Source: an uncultured Candidatus Saccharibacteria bacterium
GTDB lineage: Bacteria; Patescibacteriota; Minisyncoccia; Phycocordibacterales; Phycocordibacteraceae
Direction of reading: 5' to 3'
Length of the DNA stretch: 64,000 nt
NCBI GenBank assembly: GCA_964357395.1
Contig: CAYHLC010000004.1
Span: 920 to 64,919 of the forward strand
Part shown: in pieces, positions 28,107 to 36,941 of the stretch
How positions within the stretch are numbered: the stretch's first letter is position 1
Layout: every line of letters starts with the position of its first letter
Made by a program: the position numbers and the translations under genes
Notes under the pieces: model-generated
Told to the model about the DNA's origin: nothing
What the model saw: only the letters and a program-made list of their open reading frames with translations
Database searches by the model: none

Positions 28107-28751
28107 ATGCATAAAAGTTTAGCAATGGCCATCATCGTAGTTGCGCTCATCGCACCAGTCAGTGTCTTTGCGTGGCGCGGGACGTGGTCGTTCCAAGAGT
28201 CGTGTAACTCGTCGGGCACTATCGACGTCACCGCGACGTACCACCCGCTAGACAGCCATAGTGGCACGGTGCGCTACACCTCACCGCACCTCAACCTCGC
28301 AACAGGTGCGATAGTGACAGTCAACCTCTTTGAGGATGTCGGCCAGCATTCGCAGTACACAGTGACGAATATCTACAACTGCCACCCGCCGGTGGTGACG
28401 TCGAAGCAGTATTGCTCTCCGGGGTATTGGAAGCAGTCGCACCACTTTGATAGCTACGTGACGTACAGCCCTACGGATTCGTTCAACACCGTGTTCGGTA
28501 GGAACGCGTTCCCTGGCAAGACACTCGTACAAGTGTTATCGCAAGGTGGCGGAGGACTGAACGCGTATGGCAGAAAGGCAGTGGGGGCGCTCTTGAACTC
28601 GACCAGTATGAGCTCAGGTCTCACGGCAGGGCAAGTCATCGCGAAGTTCCAGGCAACCTATGACGGTGCACCAAGTGGCAAGGCTGCTAATGAGTACTAT
28701 GGTGCGGCTAATCCTGAGTTCACACAGGCTGAAAATTGCCCGCTTAATTAA
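28107..28751 (+). CDS. Secreted protein with CSPGYWK domain
   Basis: Signal peptide; YCSPGYWK...TL.QVL..GGGG.NA.GR.AV.ALLN. Confidence 0.8.
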   Translation: MHKSLAMAIIVVALIAPVSVFAWRGTWSFQESCNSSGTIDVTATYHPLDSHSGTVRYTSPHLNLATGAIVTVNLFEDVGQHSQYTVTNIYNCHPPVVTSKQYCSPGYWKQSHHFDSYVTYSPTDSFNTVFGRNAFPGKTLVQVLSQGGGGLNAYGRKAVGALLNSTSMSSGLTAGQVIAKFQATYDGAPSGKAANEYYGAANPEFTQAENCPLN

Positions 28752-28766
28752 TTGTTAGATTATTAG

Positions 28767-28800
28767 ATCAAAAAACCTCCCAATTGGGAGGTTTTTTGAT
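28767..28800. terminator. Perfect 34-bp palindrome terminator
   Basis: ATCAAAAAACCTCCCAA|TTGGGAGGTTTTTTGAT. Confidence 0.85.
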
Positions 28801-28878
28801 TGTGGTTCATCGAGCGCACATGGCACTCAGTGTCTAATGGAGAAAGAAGAGAAATTACAAACATAACAATAATTACAC

Positions 28879-29538
28879 ATGCAAACTAAGTCACGTACTG
28901 AAGGCTCGAGCGCCCTTATGCCGCTCGTCCTGACCGGCATACTGCTCATAGCGGGATTCGTCTTTATGGGGAGTAGTATCGTACTTGCTGCACCCATTAC
29001 TACGGCGCCGGGGCAGAACAAGCTCACCTGCTTTGATGGTACTACCGACGGTGGGTACACCGGCGTCTGTACGCTGAACTCTAAGGGGGCCAAGGGCTCG
29101 GCAACGTTGAACAATAACGACGGGGACCTTGATCCGTACAACAACTACTCGGGCGTGTATGTCCTGAACAGTACGATGTACGAGACGCTCCTCTCCGGAA
29201 TAACGCAGCTCTCGTTCAGCTATACGGGCGATGCGGCAACGGCAGGCTCGCCACGTATCTCGATCCCGGTCGACACTAACGACGACGGAGTATCGGACGG
29301 GTACCTCTTTGCTTCCGCATATTACTGCAATGATGGGGCAGGGATGGTAGACATCATCAACGATCCGACCTGCCAGATCTATACCAACTTCTCGGCAGAC
29401 AGCTTTGCCAACTGGGCAGAGTTGGTAGCGCTACATCCTGCATGGGCGATAGCGAACGATGCATACGTCTTCCTGGTCGCAGATGATCCAGGATCGTGGA
29501 CGGTAAGTAACGTCAAGTTCGGCAAGGCAGGCAAGTAG
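28879..29538 (+). CDS. Secreted hypothetical protein
   Basis: N-terminal TM/signal, Cys pairs, GSPRISIP. Confidence 0.78.
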   Translation: MQTKSRTEGSSALMPLVLTGILLIAGFVFMGSSIVLAAPITTAPGQNKLTCFDGTTDGGYTGVCTLNSKGAKGSATLNNNDGDLDPYNNYSGVYVLNSTMYETLLSGITQLSFSYTGDAATAGSPRISIPVDTNDDGVSDGYLFASAYYCNDGAGMVDIINDPTCQIYTNFSADSFANWAELVALHPAWAIANDAYVFLVADDPGSWTVSNVKFGKAGK

Positions 29539-29552
29539 TCCGAAACTCAAAT

Positions 29553-29584
29553 CAAAAACCCCCTCCGAGTGGAGGGGGTTTTTG
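29553..29584. terminator. Bidirectional terminator
   Basis: CAAAAACCCCCTCC-GAGT-GGAGGGGGTTTTTG between convergent genes. Confidence 0.85.
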
Positions 29585-29589
29585 TATCA

Positions 29590-30450
29590 CTACGGCAGGG
29601 TACTGAAGGATTGTTGCGAGGAGGTCGCCGCGTTGCCTGCGGGATCCTTGGACTGTACTACGTAGTAGTAGGTAGTCGACGCCATAAGGGTTGCGAGGTT
29701 CCCGGTATGCATTGTGCCGAGCGCTGGGGAGTTAAAGAGCGATGGCGCACTGAGCACAATTGGACTTGTGGTCGAGAGCCACATTGCGGTGTCAGCAAGT
29801 TCGTTTGTACTCCAGGTTACGGTGGCGGTCGTCGAGCCAATATTTGAGGTAGCAAGGGCGCTAATGATCGGCGCGGTGGTATCCGATGTTGGCGGGGTTG
29901 TTGTAGCGGTGCAAGGGCCGACGGTCGAGCCTTTGGCGAGGTGCGCTTTGACTGCAGGTGCGCCGATGCTGATCGTGTGTCCATTAGCGGGATTGCCTGG
30001 TGGACGGTGGCAGATAATGACGAGCCCCAACTCGGGCGAGCTGGTAGCAATGCCCTTCTTGGCACCAGTGAAGTCTGCGAGGAGCTTCTTGGCGAGCCCT
30101 GGCGGTATAAATCCGGTCGAGGTCGCAGTGGTTGTTGTCCCCGATGCGCTACTGAGGAGCAGGTGGATCTTTAGTTTTGTCTTAGGGCCGACGATGCCGG
30201 CCTGCTCGATGCCATGCTTATTTTGGAAGCGTTTGACGGCAATTTCGGTCAGCGCTCCATAAAACCCAGTAATCAGTCCCTCGGGATATACATCCCCATC
30301 TTGTGCGAGTAGTGTTTGCAGATTTTCGACATCAGTGCCACTCAGTCCGCGGTAGAGTGAGCGGACCTCGAGTCCAAATGGAGCTGCTAACGCGGTACTT
30401 GTGACTCCCATGAGGAGGGTCACGACTAAGATTTTGTATAGTGTCTTCAT
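29590..30450 (-). CDS. Peptidoglycan-binding plus fibronectin type III domain protein
   Basis: V..LQ..L...ITGFYG.LT..AVKRFQ; ICH.PPGN motif; C-terminal FN3 (TYYY.VQS.D.AGN). Confidence 0.85.
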   Translation of the reverse strand: MKTLYKILVVTLLMGVTSTALAAPFGLEVRSLYRGLSGTDVENLQTLLAQDGDVYPEGLITGFYGALTEIAVKRFQNKHGIEQAGIVGPKTKLKIHLLLSSASGTTTTATSTGFIPPGLAKKLLADFTGAKKGIATSSPELGLVIICHRPPGNPANGHTISIGAPAVKAHLAKGSTVGPCTATTTPPTSDTTAPIISALATSNIGSTTATVTWSTNELADTAMWLSTTSPIVLSAPSLFNSPALGTMHTGNLATLMASTTYYYVVQSKDPAGNAATSSQQSFSTLP

Positions 30451-30537
30451 ATACCCACAGTGTACCGCACCCACCCGGACGTTTTTTGGTTATATCTTAT
30501 ATACTGAGCGTATTATTATTTGTAAACAGTATATTTT

Positions 30538-31062
30538 ATGTTGCAGAGCAAGTGGTTAGTTGGGCTCGCTGCCCTCGCGATACTCGCTGCAGGGGTAGTG
30601 TATGTAAACCCAGGCCTCGGCGATGGGCTTGTCGCTGCGGTTGGTGGCGGCTATGACCAGTGGGGGTACAACCGCACCGCGCGCATTTTTAATGGCACGG
30701 GCGCAACGTGGTGTACGGGCAAATCATTACCAGCGGATTGCATGGGCGTCTACTCGCCTGACAAGTTGGTAATGAAGTGGAATGCAGAGTGGGACCGCGG
30801 TAATGCAGAGGGGTGGGCCAACCCTCCGTATGACGCCTGGATCGACAACGAGTGGAATGGCAAGGGTGCGAAGGACGGCTCGGGCGCCGTGTGGCACTAC
30901 AAGATCAAGTGGGTAGGGGACTGTGTCGCAGATCCGACACTGCTTCCAGATGGAAGCTATTGCGTCTGGGGACAGTTTGCTACCATTATGGACCAAGGTG
31001 TCGACCCATCGGCCGGCCCAGGCCACACGTGGTTCGCACACGCCAAGCCGAACGGCTACTAG
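30538..31062 (+). CDS. Secreted Trp-rich hypothetical protein
   Basis: N-terminal TM; DQWGYN..AR.FNG, L.MKWN..W. Confidence 0.78.
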   Translation: MLQSKWLVGLAALAILAAGVVYVNPGLGDGLVAAVGGGYDQWGYNRTARIFNGTGATWCTGKSLPADCMGVYSPDKLVMKWNAEWDRGNAEGWANPPYDAWIDNEWNGKGAKDGSGAVWHYKIKWVGDCVADPTLLPDGSYCVWGQFATIMDQGVDPSAGPGHTWFAHAKPNGY

Positions 31063-31074
31063 TGGCGGAGCACT

Positions 31075-31115
31075 AACCGCCCTGCCTGCGCAGGCAGGCC
31101 CTGTGGGCGGTTTTT
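31075..31115 (+). repeat. 18-bp palindrome CCTGCCTGCGCAGGCAGG (31081-31098) inside a terminator
   Basis: Perfect palindrome between AACCGC and CCCTGTGGGCGGTTTTT. Confidence 0.7.
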
Positions 31116-31210
31116 GCTTGCAAGGCCAAAGTACGTTGTATAGTAATGGTAGTCTGCCAAAAGGGGACTACTTGTCAAATAGTCATTATTTTGGTATAAT
31201 ATAAACACGT

Positions 31211-32020
31211 ATGGATATGCCAGAGAGACAGGATCGCACCCGAGGGACGCAGTTTGGGGTGGGGATGCTCATCGGCTTTTCGCTCGTCGCACTAACCTTC
31301 TTTGGTATTACGCGTGCCCCCTACATCGTCGAGCGCGTGCCTGGCCTTGCTGCCGTTGTCGCCTCGGTATTGGTAGAGATCACCAACAACGACCGCTCTT
31401 CGAGCGGACTCGGCACACTCGCCCTGAGCCCAATACTGACGCAGGTCGCAGAGGCTAAGGCGCGGGATATGGCAGCCAAAGGATACTTCGCCCACACCTC
31501 GCCAGAGGGCATAACTCCGTGGCACTGGTTCCAGCAGGAGGAGTATAAGTTCGTGTACGCGGGAGAGAACCTCGCTGTCGACTTTTCCGAGTCCCCTGAT
31601 GTCTCGAGGGCGTGGATGAACTCGCCTACCCACCGCGCCAACATCCTTGGCACCCAGTTTAGCGAGATAGGTATCGCAACCGCCGAGGGGATGTACCAAG
31701 GCAGGCCAACCACGTTTGTGGTCCAGGTCTTTGGTACGCCAGCGCCAGGTAGGGTAGTCATAGCAGAGCCTGTAGCGCCAGCGGTAGCGGGGACTACAAC
31801 GCCCGAAGTGGCCACCACAACGCCTCAGCTCGCAGGAGACGTACGCGATATTGTCCTTGAGCCAGCCGCGCAGGTACCTGCAATTGCTACGACATTACCG
31901 ACGACAACGCCAACGCTGATAACTGCAGATACCGTCCTCGGGCAGTCAGCGGGCTCGTATCTCGCACAAACAGAACCACCATGGTGGTTCAGAGTTTTGA
32001 AGTCTATAGGGATGCTCTAG
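31211..32020 (+). CDS. CAP (SCP) domain protein
   Basis: A.AKA.DM....YFAHTSP, AGENLA, AWMNSPTHRANIL. Confidence 0.93.
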   Translation: MDMPERQDRTRGTQFGVGMLIGFSLVALTFFGITRAPYIVERVPGLAAVVASVLVEITNNDRSSSGLGTLALSPILTQVAEAKARDMAAKGYFAHTSPEGITPWHWFQQEEYKFVYAGENLAVDFSESPDVSRAWMNSPTHRANILGTQFSEIGIATAEGMYQGRPTTFVVQVFGTPAPGRVVIAEPVAPAVAGTTTPEVATTTPQLAGDVRDIVLEPAAQVPAIATTLPTTTPTLITADTVLGQSAGSYLAQTEPPWWFRVLKSIGML

Positions 32021-32124
32021 GCCTTAGGCGCAGCCGGCGCGGGGGGATATATCCCTCATACCCGCGCCACAGCATTTGTTGAGCGCCTGACCCCAATCGT
32101 ATCGCACCCCCGGTTAAGCTTCTA

Positions 32125-32823
32125 TTAAGCGGGCTGTCCAATCTCGCTATTGCTGCGCAGGCGATACCCGATACCGCGCACCGTCTCGAGGATGCTCGGC
32201 TCACCGGCATCGTCGAGCTTGTTGCGCAGATTTTTGATGTGTACGTCGACAACGTTAGAGAAAGATGCGTAGTTAAAGTCCCATAGGTGCGAGAGTATAT
32301 CCTCGCGGTTGACCACCTGGTTGGGCCGGCGCATAAAGTACTCCAGCATGCCAAACTCCTTCAAGGTGAGCAATATCGGCTTGCCGTCCCTCGTCACCGT
32401 ACGCTCGACGGGGTTCAGCGCGATGTCGCCCACCGTAAGTATGGTTGGGATTGCCTCGTTGGGTCGGCGCATCAGTGCGTGTACGCGAGCTGATAGTTCA
32501 TCGAATGAGAACGGCTTTACCAAATAATCATCTGCGCCAGCGAGGAGGAGCTCCACCTTGCTATCGGTCTCGTTGCGTGCAGTGAGGACGAGGATAGGCA
32601 CCGTAATGCCAAGCTCGCGCACCTCCTTGCAGATAGTGAGCCCATCTACCGTGGGGAGCATCAGGTCCAATATGACTAGGTCGTAGTCAGCGCGGTGGAG
32701 GGAGATACGTGTTAAGCCCTTCTCGCCGTCGTTAATTACGTCTACTGCGTAGCCTTTGTGTGTGAGTCCGCGGGAAAGCGCCTCAGCGAGCTTTTCCTCG
32801 TCCTCGATGATGAGTATTCTCAT
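32125..32823 (-). CDS. OmpR/PhoB-family response regulator (no adjacent kinase)
   Basis: ILIIEDE, LDLMLP, GADDYLVKPF, SNVVDVHI..LR.K, ETVRG.GY. Confidence 0.95.
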   Translation of the reverse strand: MRILIIEDEEKLAEALSRGLTHKGYAVDVINDGEKGLTRISLHRADYDLVILDLMLPTVDGLTICKEVRELGITVPILVLTARNETDSKVELLLAGADDYLVKPFSFDELSARVHALMRRPNEAIPTILTVGDIALNPVERTVTRDGKPILLTLKEFGMLEYFMRRPNQVVNREDILSHLWDFNYASFSNVVDVHIKNLRNKLDDAGEPSILETVRGIGYRLRSNSEIGQPA

Positions 32824-32983
32824 ATACCCTAAGACTATAGTACCCCAGATGTGGGATTCATGAAGTGTCTTCATAATTGGCTCGTTTGGCTTAACTAAAG
32901 CCCAACTGCGGCATCATGAAGACGCGCCGTCAATGCCGCTCGCGCCGCCGCCCACCCTTACATGTGGATGTATAATCAATCGC

Positions 32984-33949
32984 ATGGATGACAAGCGGAG
33001 TTTAGTCATTTATTACAGCGCGGGTGCGATGTCGGGGATCTTTAGTTCCGGACTTACCAAGGCATTCGAGGAAGCTGGTTTGAAATCTCATATTCACAGT
33101 GTGTACGGCAACTCCGCGGGGGGATTAACCGCTGTAGCCCTACTTGCCGACCAGACAGATCTGATGGCGCATATGTACTGGGAGGACCTGAATGAGAAGA
33201 AGTACATTCGCTGGTCCCGACTGGGACCGTATCTCGGGAGGGCATTTTGTAACGCAGTGTTTAGGACGAGGTTCAAGGTGGAGCCAATATTTGATATCGA
33301 CTATATCCAGAGCATATTGCTTACCACACGGAGGATTAACTTTGATGCAATCCAGAACAGCGGCATCCAGATCTTTATGGTTGTCTACAATCTCATAACC
33401 GGACATCATGAGTATCTGCAGATGAAGGAGAAGGAGGACGTCATCCCCATGTTGCGTGCGACAGCGGGCGGTCACCCAGCGTATCCGCACTCGGAACTCA
33501 TCCACGGAAACCTGTATGTGGACGGCGGCACTATTGATGATCGCGACCTGATCGAGAACATCATTAAGCGCCACCCGGACAAGGAGATTATCTGCGTACT
33601 CAATAATCCGAGGTGGAAGTATGGCAGACTCAAGAACTTGGCAAGCCGCTTCGGTATCGCTGCGGTGATGCTCCCATTCTTTGGGTTCCGTGAGGCGTAC
33701 AAGACATCACGCTCAAACTTTGCCACCGTTGATATTGAGCAAATGAAGGCGAACTACCCGTACCTACACTTTATTGCGAACGACATAGTCGGACTGCAGA
33801 TGTCAACAGAGGCAGAGCATCACAAGATGCTGTATAAGCGTGGGTATGAGCTGGGCAAAGAATTTCTATTGTCAGAAAATATAAGAACCGTGGATGTGGG
33901 GGTACCTGGTCCTGAGGGGGCTATTGCTTTAACCCAAGGCCCGTTCTGA
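32984..33949 (+). CDS. Patatin-like phospholipase
   Basis: AGAMSG oxyanion loop, GNSAG nucleophile, YVDGG. Confidence 0.85.
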   Translation: MDDKRSLVIYYSAGAMSGIFSSGLTKAFEEAGLKSHIHSVYGNSAGGLTAVALLADQTDLMAHMYWEDLNEKKYIRWSRLGPYLGRAFCNAVFRTRFKVEPIFDIDYIQSILLTTRRINFDAIQNSGIQIFMVVYNLITGHHEYLQMKEKEDVIPMLRATAGGHPAYPHSELIHGNLYVDGGTIDDRDLIENIIKRHPDKEIICVLNNPRWKYGRLKNLASRFGIAAVMLPFFGFREAYKTSRSNFATVDIEQMKANYPYLHFIANDIVGLQMSTEAEHHKMLYKRGYELGKEFLLSENIRTVDVGVPGPEGAIALTQGPF

Positions 33950-33967
33950 GGAGGTAGTAGTTGATAG
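33921..33967 (-). pseudogene. Orphan duplicate of the 3' end of the ABC permease gene
   Basis: Encodes INYYLLRTGLGLKQ*, identical in protein to 34293-34337; 20-bp identical core 33948-33967 = 34320-34339. Confidence 0.9.
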
Positions 33968-34002
33968 AAAACCTCCAGGAGGCGACGCCTCCTGGAGGTT
34001 TT
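33968..34002. terminator. Perfect 17-bp inverted repeat with AGGCGACGCCT core
   Basis: AAAACCTCCAGGAGGCG-A-CGCCTCCTGGAGGTTTT. Confidence 0.85.
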
Positions 34003-34057
34003 ACTATTCCGCCACAAATACTTGACTTATCAAATAGTGCGGTGTAGTATGCGCGGT

Positions 34058-34249
34058 ATGGGAAATATAGTCGAGCAGGCAATTGCAGAGGGGGATAGGG
34101 ATAGAGCAGCGGTAGCCTCTGCGAAGCAGGGACCATTGGGCATCTTTGAGTTCTTCCTCCTTCAAGGCAATGGGTCGCAAAAGGCTTTTGCGCTGACACT
34201 CGAGGCGGTGGCAACAGGCCTCATTGTGGCACTTGTATTTGGCCAGTAA
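34058..34249 (+). CDS. Small C-terminally anchored membrane protein
   Basis: TTGACT(34022)-17-TAGTAT-7nt-ATG; hydrophobic C-terminus; followed by a hairpin. Confidence 0.7.
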   Translation: MGNIVEQAIAEGDRDRAAVASAKQGPLGIFEFFLLQGNGSQKAFALTLEAVATGLIVALVFGQ

Positions 34250-34261
34250 TTTAGAAAGTAG

Positions 34262-34291
34262 AACCTCCCGAGGTTGAACTCGGGGTTTTTT
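34262..34291. terminator. Terminator hairpin
   Basis: AACCTCCCGAG-GTTGAA-CTCGGGGTTTTTT. Confidence 0.7.
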
Positions 34292-34292
34292 A

Positions 34293-35069
34293 TTATTGCT
34301 TAAGGCCGAGGCCGGTACGGAGGAGGTAGTAGTTGATAGCGAGGAAGATCAGGATGAGCGCGCCGAGGATGCCGGTGCAGAGCCAGATTGAGACGTCGGC
34401 AAAGCCGAGGAAGCCGTAGCGGAATCCGTTAATGAGGTAGAAGATCGGGTTAAAGTGCGTGAGCGTCGCCCAAGGCTCGCCCAAGGAGGTTGCGGAGTAG
34501 AAGACCCCACCAAGGTAGACGAGTGGGGTGAGGACGAACGTGGGGACGATAGAGATACCGTCAAAGTTCTTGGCATAGATGCCGTTGATCAGCCCCGCCA
34601 GTGAGAATAGGAGCGAGGAGAGTATGAGGAAAAGGGCTATGACAAAGGGATGTGCGAGATGTGGCAAGGAGAAGACGAGTGAGGTTAGGAGGACCAGTAC
34701 GCCGACAATAACGCCACGCACCACGCCACTTGCGACGTATCCGCCAATGATGACGACTGGCGGTGTGGGGCTGACCAGTATCTCGTCTATGGAGCGCATA
34801 AAGAACTTGGACTGGAAGAATGTGGTGGCGACATCCATGTACGCGTTGGTGATGACCGCGAGCATGACGAGGCCTGGCACCACGAATTGCATGTAGCTGA
34901 AGCCGTTGATGTCGCCGATCTGTGCACCAAGGATGGCACCAAATACGGTGAAGTAGAGTATGGACGTGACGAGGGACGGGAGGAGTGTCTGCGACCAGAT
35001 ACGAAATATCCGCACCACGCCCTTGCGGACTATGGTATAGAACGAGATCCACATCTTATAGGGAGGCAT
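34293..35069 (-). CDS. ABC-2 transporter permease (YadH-like)
   Basis: RIW.QTL.P...LYF..FG, Y.QF..PGL.M, LTPL.YLGGVFYS. Confidence 0.93.
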   Translation of the reverse strand: MPPYKMWISFYTIVRKGVVRIFRIWSQTLLPSLVTSILYFTVFGAILGAQIGDINGFSYMQFVVPGLVMLAVITNAYMDVATTFFQSKFFMRSIDEILVSPTPPVVIIGGYVASGVVRGVIVGVLVLLTSLVFSLPHLAHPFVIALFLILSSLLFSLAGLINGIYAKNFDGISIVPTFVLTPLVYLGGVFYSATSLGEPWATLTHFNPIFYLINGFRYGFLGFADVSIWLCTGILGALILIFLAINYYLLRTGLGLKQ

Positions 35070-35078
35070 ATTGTGGTC

Positions 35079-35840
35079 TTAATTATTACTCGTAAGCTTT
35101 AGGAAGATCTCCTCCAACTTGCCGCCGCGGTACCCGTCGGGTGTAGCGGAAGCATCGTGGGTCGCGAGTATTTCGTCCATGGTGCCCTGTGCCACTATCT
35201 GCCCCTTATTGATGATGGCAACATGCTTGCAGAGCTGCTCCGCCTCCTCGAGATAGTGGGTGGTAAGAAGGACGGTGAGACCCTCCTTGGTTAGGCTGCG
35301 GAGGAAGTCCCACATTGAGCGGCGGAGTTCGACGTCGACGCCCGCAGTCGGCTCGTCGAGGATCAGAAACTTTGGCTGGTGGATGAGTGCTCGGGCAATC
35401 ATGACGCGGCGCTTCATACCACCTGATAGCTGCCAGCCGTTTTGGTACATCTTGTCCTTCAGTCCGAGGTCCGTGAGGAGCTGCTCGGCACGGGGCTTTG
35501 CCACCGAGCGGGGGACGCCATAGTAGCCACCTTGGTTGATGACGACGTCGATAATCTTTTCGAACGGATTGAAGTTGAGTTCCTGACCAACGAGGCCCAT
35601 CATCGACTTTGCCTCTGATGGCTCGTCCACCGTATCGTGCCCAAAGACGCGTACGGTCCCACTCGTTTTGTTGACCAGTCCGGTCACTATGCCGATGAGT
35701 GTTGTTTTCCCCGCGCCGTTAGGACCTAGGAGCGCATAAAAGTCACCCGCAGGCACTGTCAGGGAGACCCCCTTCAGAGCTTCTGTCCCCGACGCATACT
35801 TCTTGGTGACAGTGTCAATAACGAGTGCCGGATCAGACAT
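35079..35840 (-). CDS. ABC transporter ATP-binding protein (YadG-like)
   Basis: GPNGAGKT, LSGGMKRR, LDEPTAGVD. Confidence 0.95.
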   Translation of the reverse strand: MSDPALVIDTVTKKYASGTEALKGVSLTVPAGDFYALLGPNGAGKTTLIGIVTGLVNKTSGTVRVFGHDTVDEPSEAKSMMGLVGQELNFNPFEKIIDVVINQGGYYGVPRSVAKPRAEQLLTDLGLKDKMYQNGWQLSGGMKRRVMIARALIHQPKFLILDEPTAGVDVELRRSMWDFLRSLTKEGLTVLLTTHYLEEAEQLCKHVAIINKGQIVAQGTMDEILATHDASATPDGYRGGKLEEIFLKLTSNN

Positions 35841-35864
35841 TCGGCCAGTTTAGCACAGAGCGAT

Positions 35865-36917
35865 TTAGAGGCTCACGATCTGCTCCCACGGGGAGTCAGG
35901 GTGGCCAAAATGGCCGTATGCAGCAGTAGTGCGATAGATAGGAGTACGCAAGTTGAGTCGCTCGATAATAGCCTGCGGCCGGAAGTCAAAGTGCTTCGCT
36001 ACGATATCGGCGAGGCTCTTCCCATTTTCATCAAGCGACTCGACCATAAGTGGCTCCGCCATACCAATCGCATAGGAGACCGACACTAAGCACTGTTTGG
36101 CGTAGCCATTTGCGACCAGGTTCTTGGCAACAAAGCGACACATGTACGCAGCAGAGCGATCCACCTTGGACGGATCCTTGCCGGAAAAGGCGCCTCCGCC
36201 GTTTGGCGCGAGGCCACAGTACGTGTCCACCATAATCTTGCGGCCGGTAAGTCCGGTGTCTGCATCGAAGCCGCCTTGCACGAAGGTACCGGTCGGGTTG
36301 GTGAGTACCCGAATTCCATCGAGCGTGCCGATAATGGGCGCAATCAGCTTATCAGTAAGTGTCGACTTGATCTCATCCTGACCGACCTCCGCTTTGTGCT
36401 GCGTAGATACGAGCACCGTATTGATCTTGCCTTGGAGGACTGATATCTGTGCCTTTCCGTCAGGCATGAGCCAGGGCAGCGTGCCTTGTTCGCGGAGAGT
36501 CTGTAGTCCACGTGTGAGCGCGTGCACTTTAACAATAGCGTCGGGGAGCATCTCCTTGTTCTCATTGGTTGCGAAGCCGTACATAATACCCTGGTCGCCT
36601 GCGCCACCAGTATCAACTCCTTGGCCGATATCGCGAGACTGCTCAGCTACGTTGACCAAAACCCTCAGTTCCTCCGTGTAGCCAATGTCTTTGTATACTT
36701 GCCGACCAATAGCCTCGTAGTCTGGGTGTGCTGCTGTTGTTACCTCGCCGCCTATAACCAGCATGCCGTGGCCGCCAAAGGTCTCGACAGCAACGCGGGA
36801 TAGCGGGTCGTCCTTAATGCAGGCGTCTAATATCGCGTCAGATATCTGGTCGCACACCTTATCAGGGTGGCCGGCCGTAACACTCTCGACGGTATAAGTA
36901 TTGGCTATGAGAAACAT
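35865..36917 (-). CDS. metK: S-adenosylmethionine synthetase
   Basis: ESVT.GHPDK.CDQISD, GAGDQG, GGGAFSGKD..KVDRS. Confidence 0.97.
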   Translation of the reverse strand: MFLIANTYTVESVTAGHPDKVCDQISDAILDACIKDDPLSRVAVETFGGHGMLVIGGEVTTAAHPDYEAIGRQVYKDIGYTEELRVLVNVAEQSRDIGQGVDTGGAGDQGIMYGFATNENKEMLPDAIVKVHALTRGLQTLREQGTLPWLMPDGKAQISVLQGKINTVLVSTQHKAEVGQDEIKSTLTDKLIAPIIGTLDGIRVLTNPTGTFVQGGFDADTGLTGRKIMVDTYCGLAPNGGGAFSGKDPSKVDRSAAYMCRFVAKNLVANGYAKQCLVSVSYAIGMAEPLMVESLDENGKSLADIVAKHFDFRPQAIIERLNLRTPIYRTTAAYGHFGHPDSPWEQIVSL

Positions 36918-36941
36918 ATTATCCACTATAAACTATGAACT

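Noticed and set aside
33921-34214. 97-aa minus-strand ORF as a real gene
   Set aside because: Only the last 14 codons are meaningful (permease relic); the rest crosses a hairpin and an opposite-strand gene
36918-36941. SAM riboswitch upstream of metK
   Set aside because: Only ~24 nt separate metK from the divergent gene
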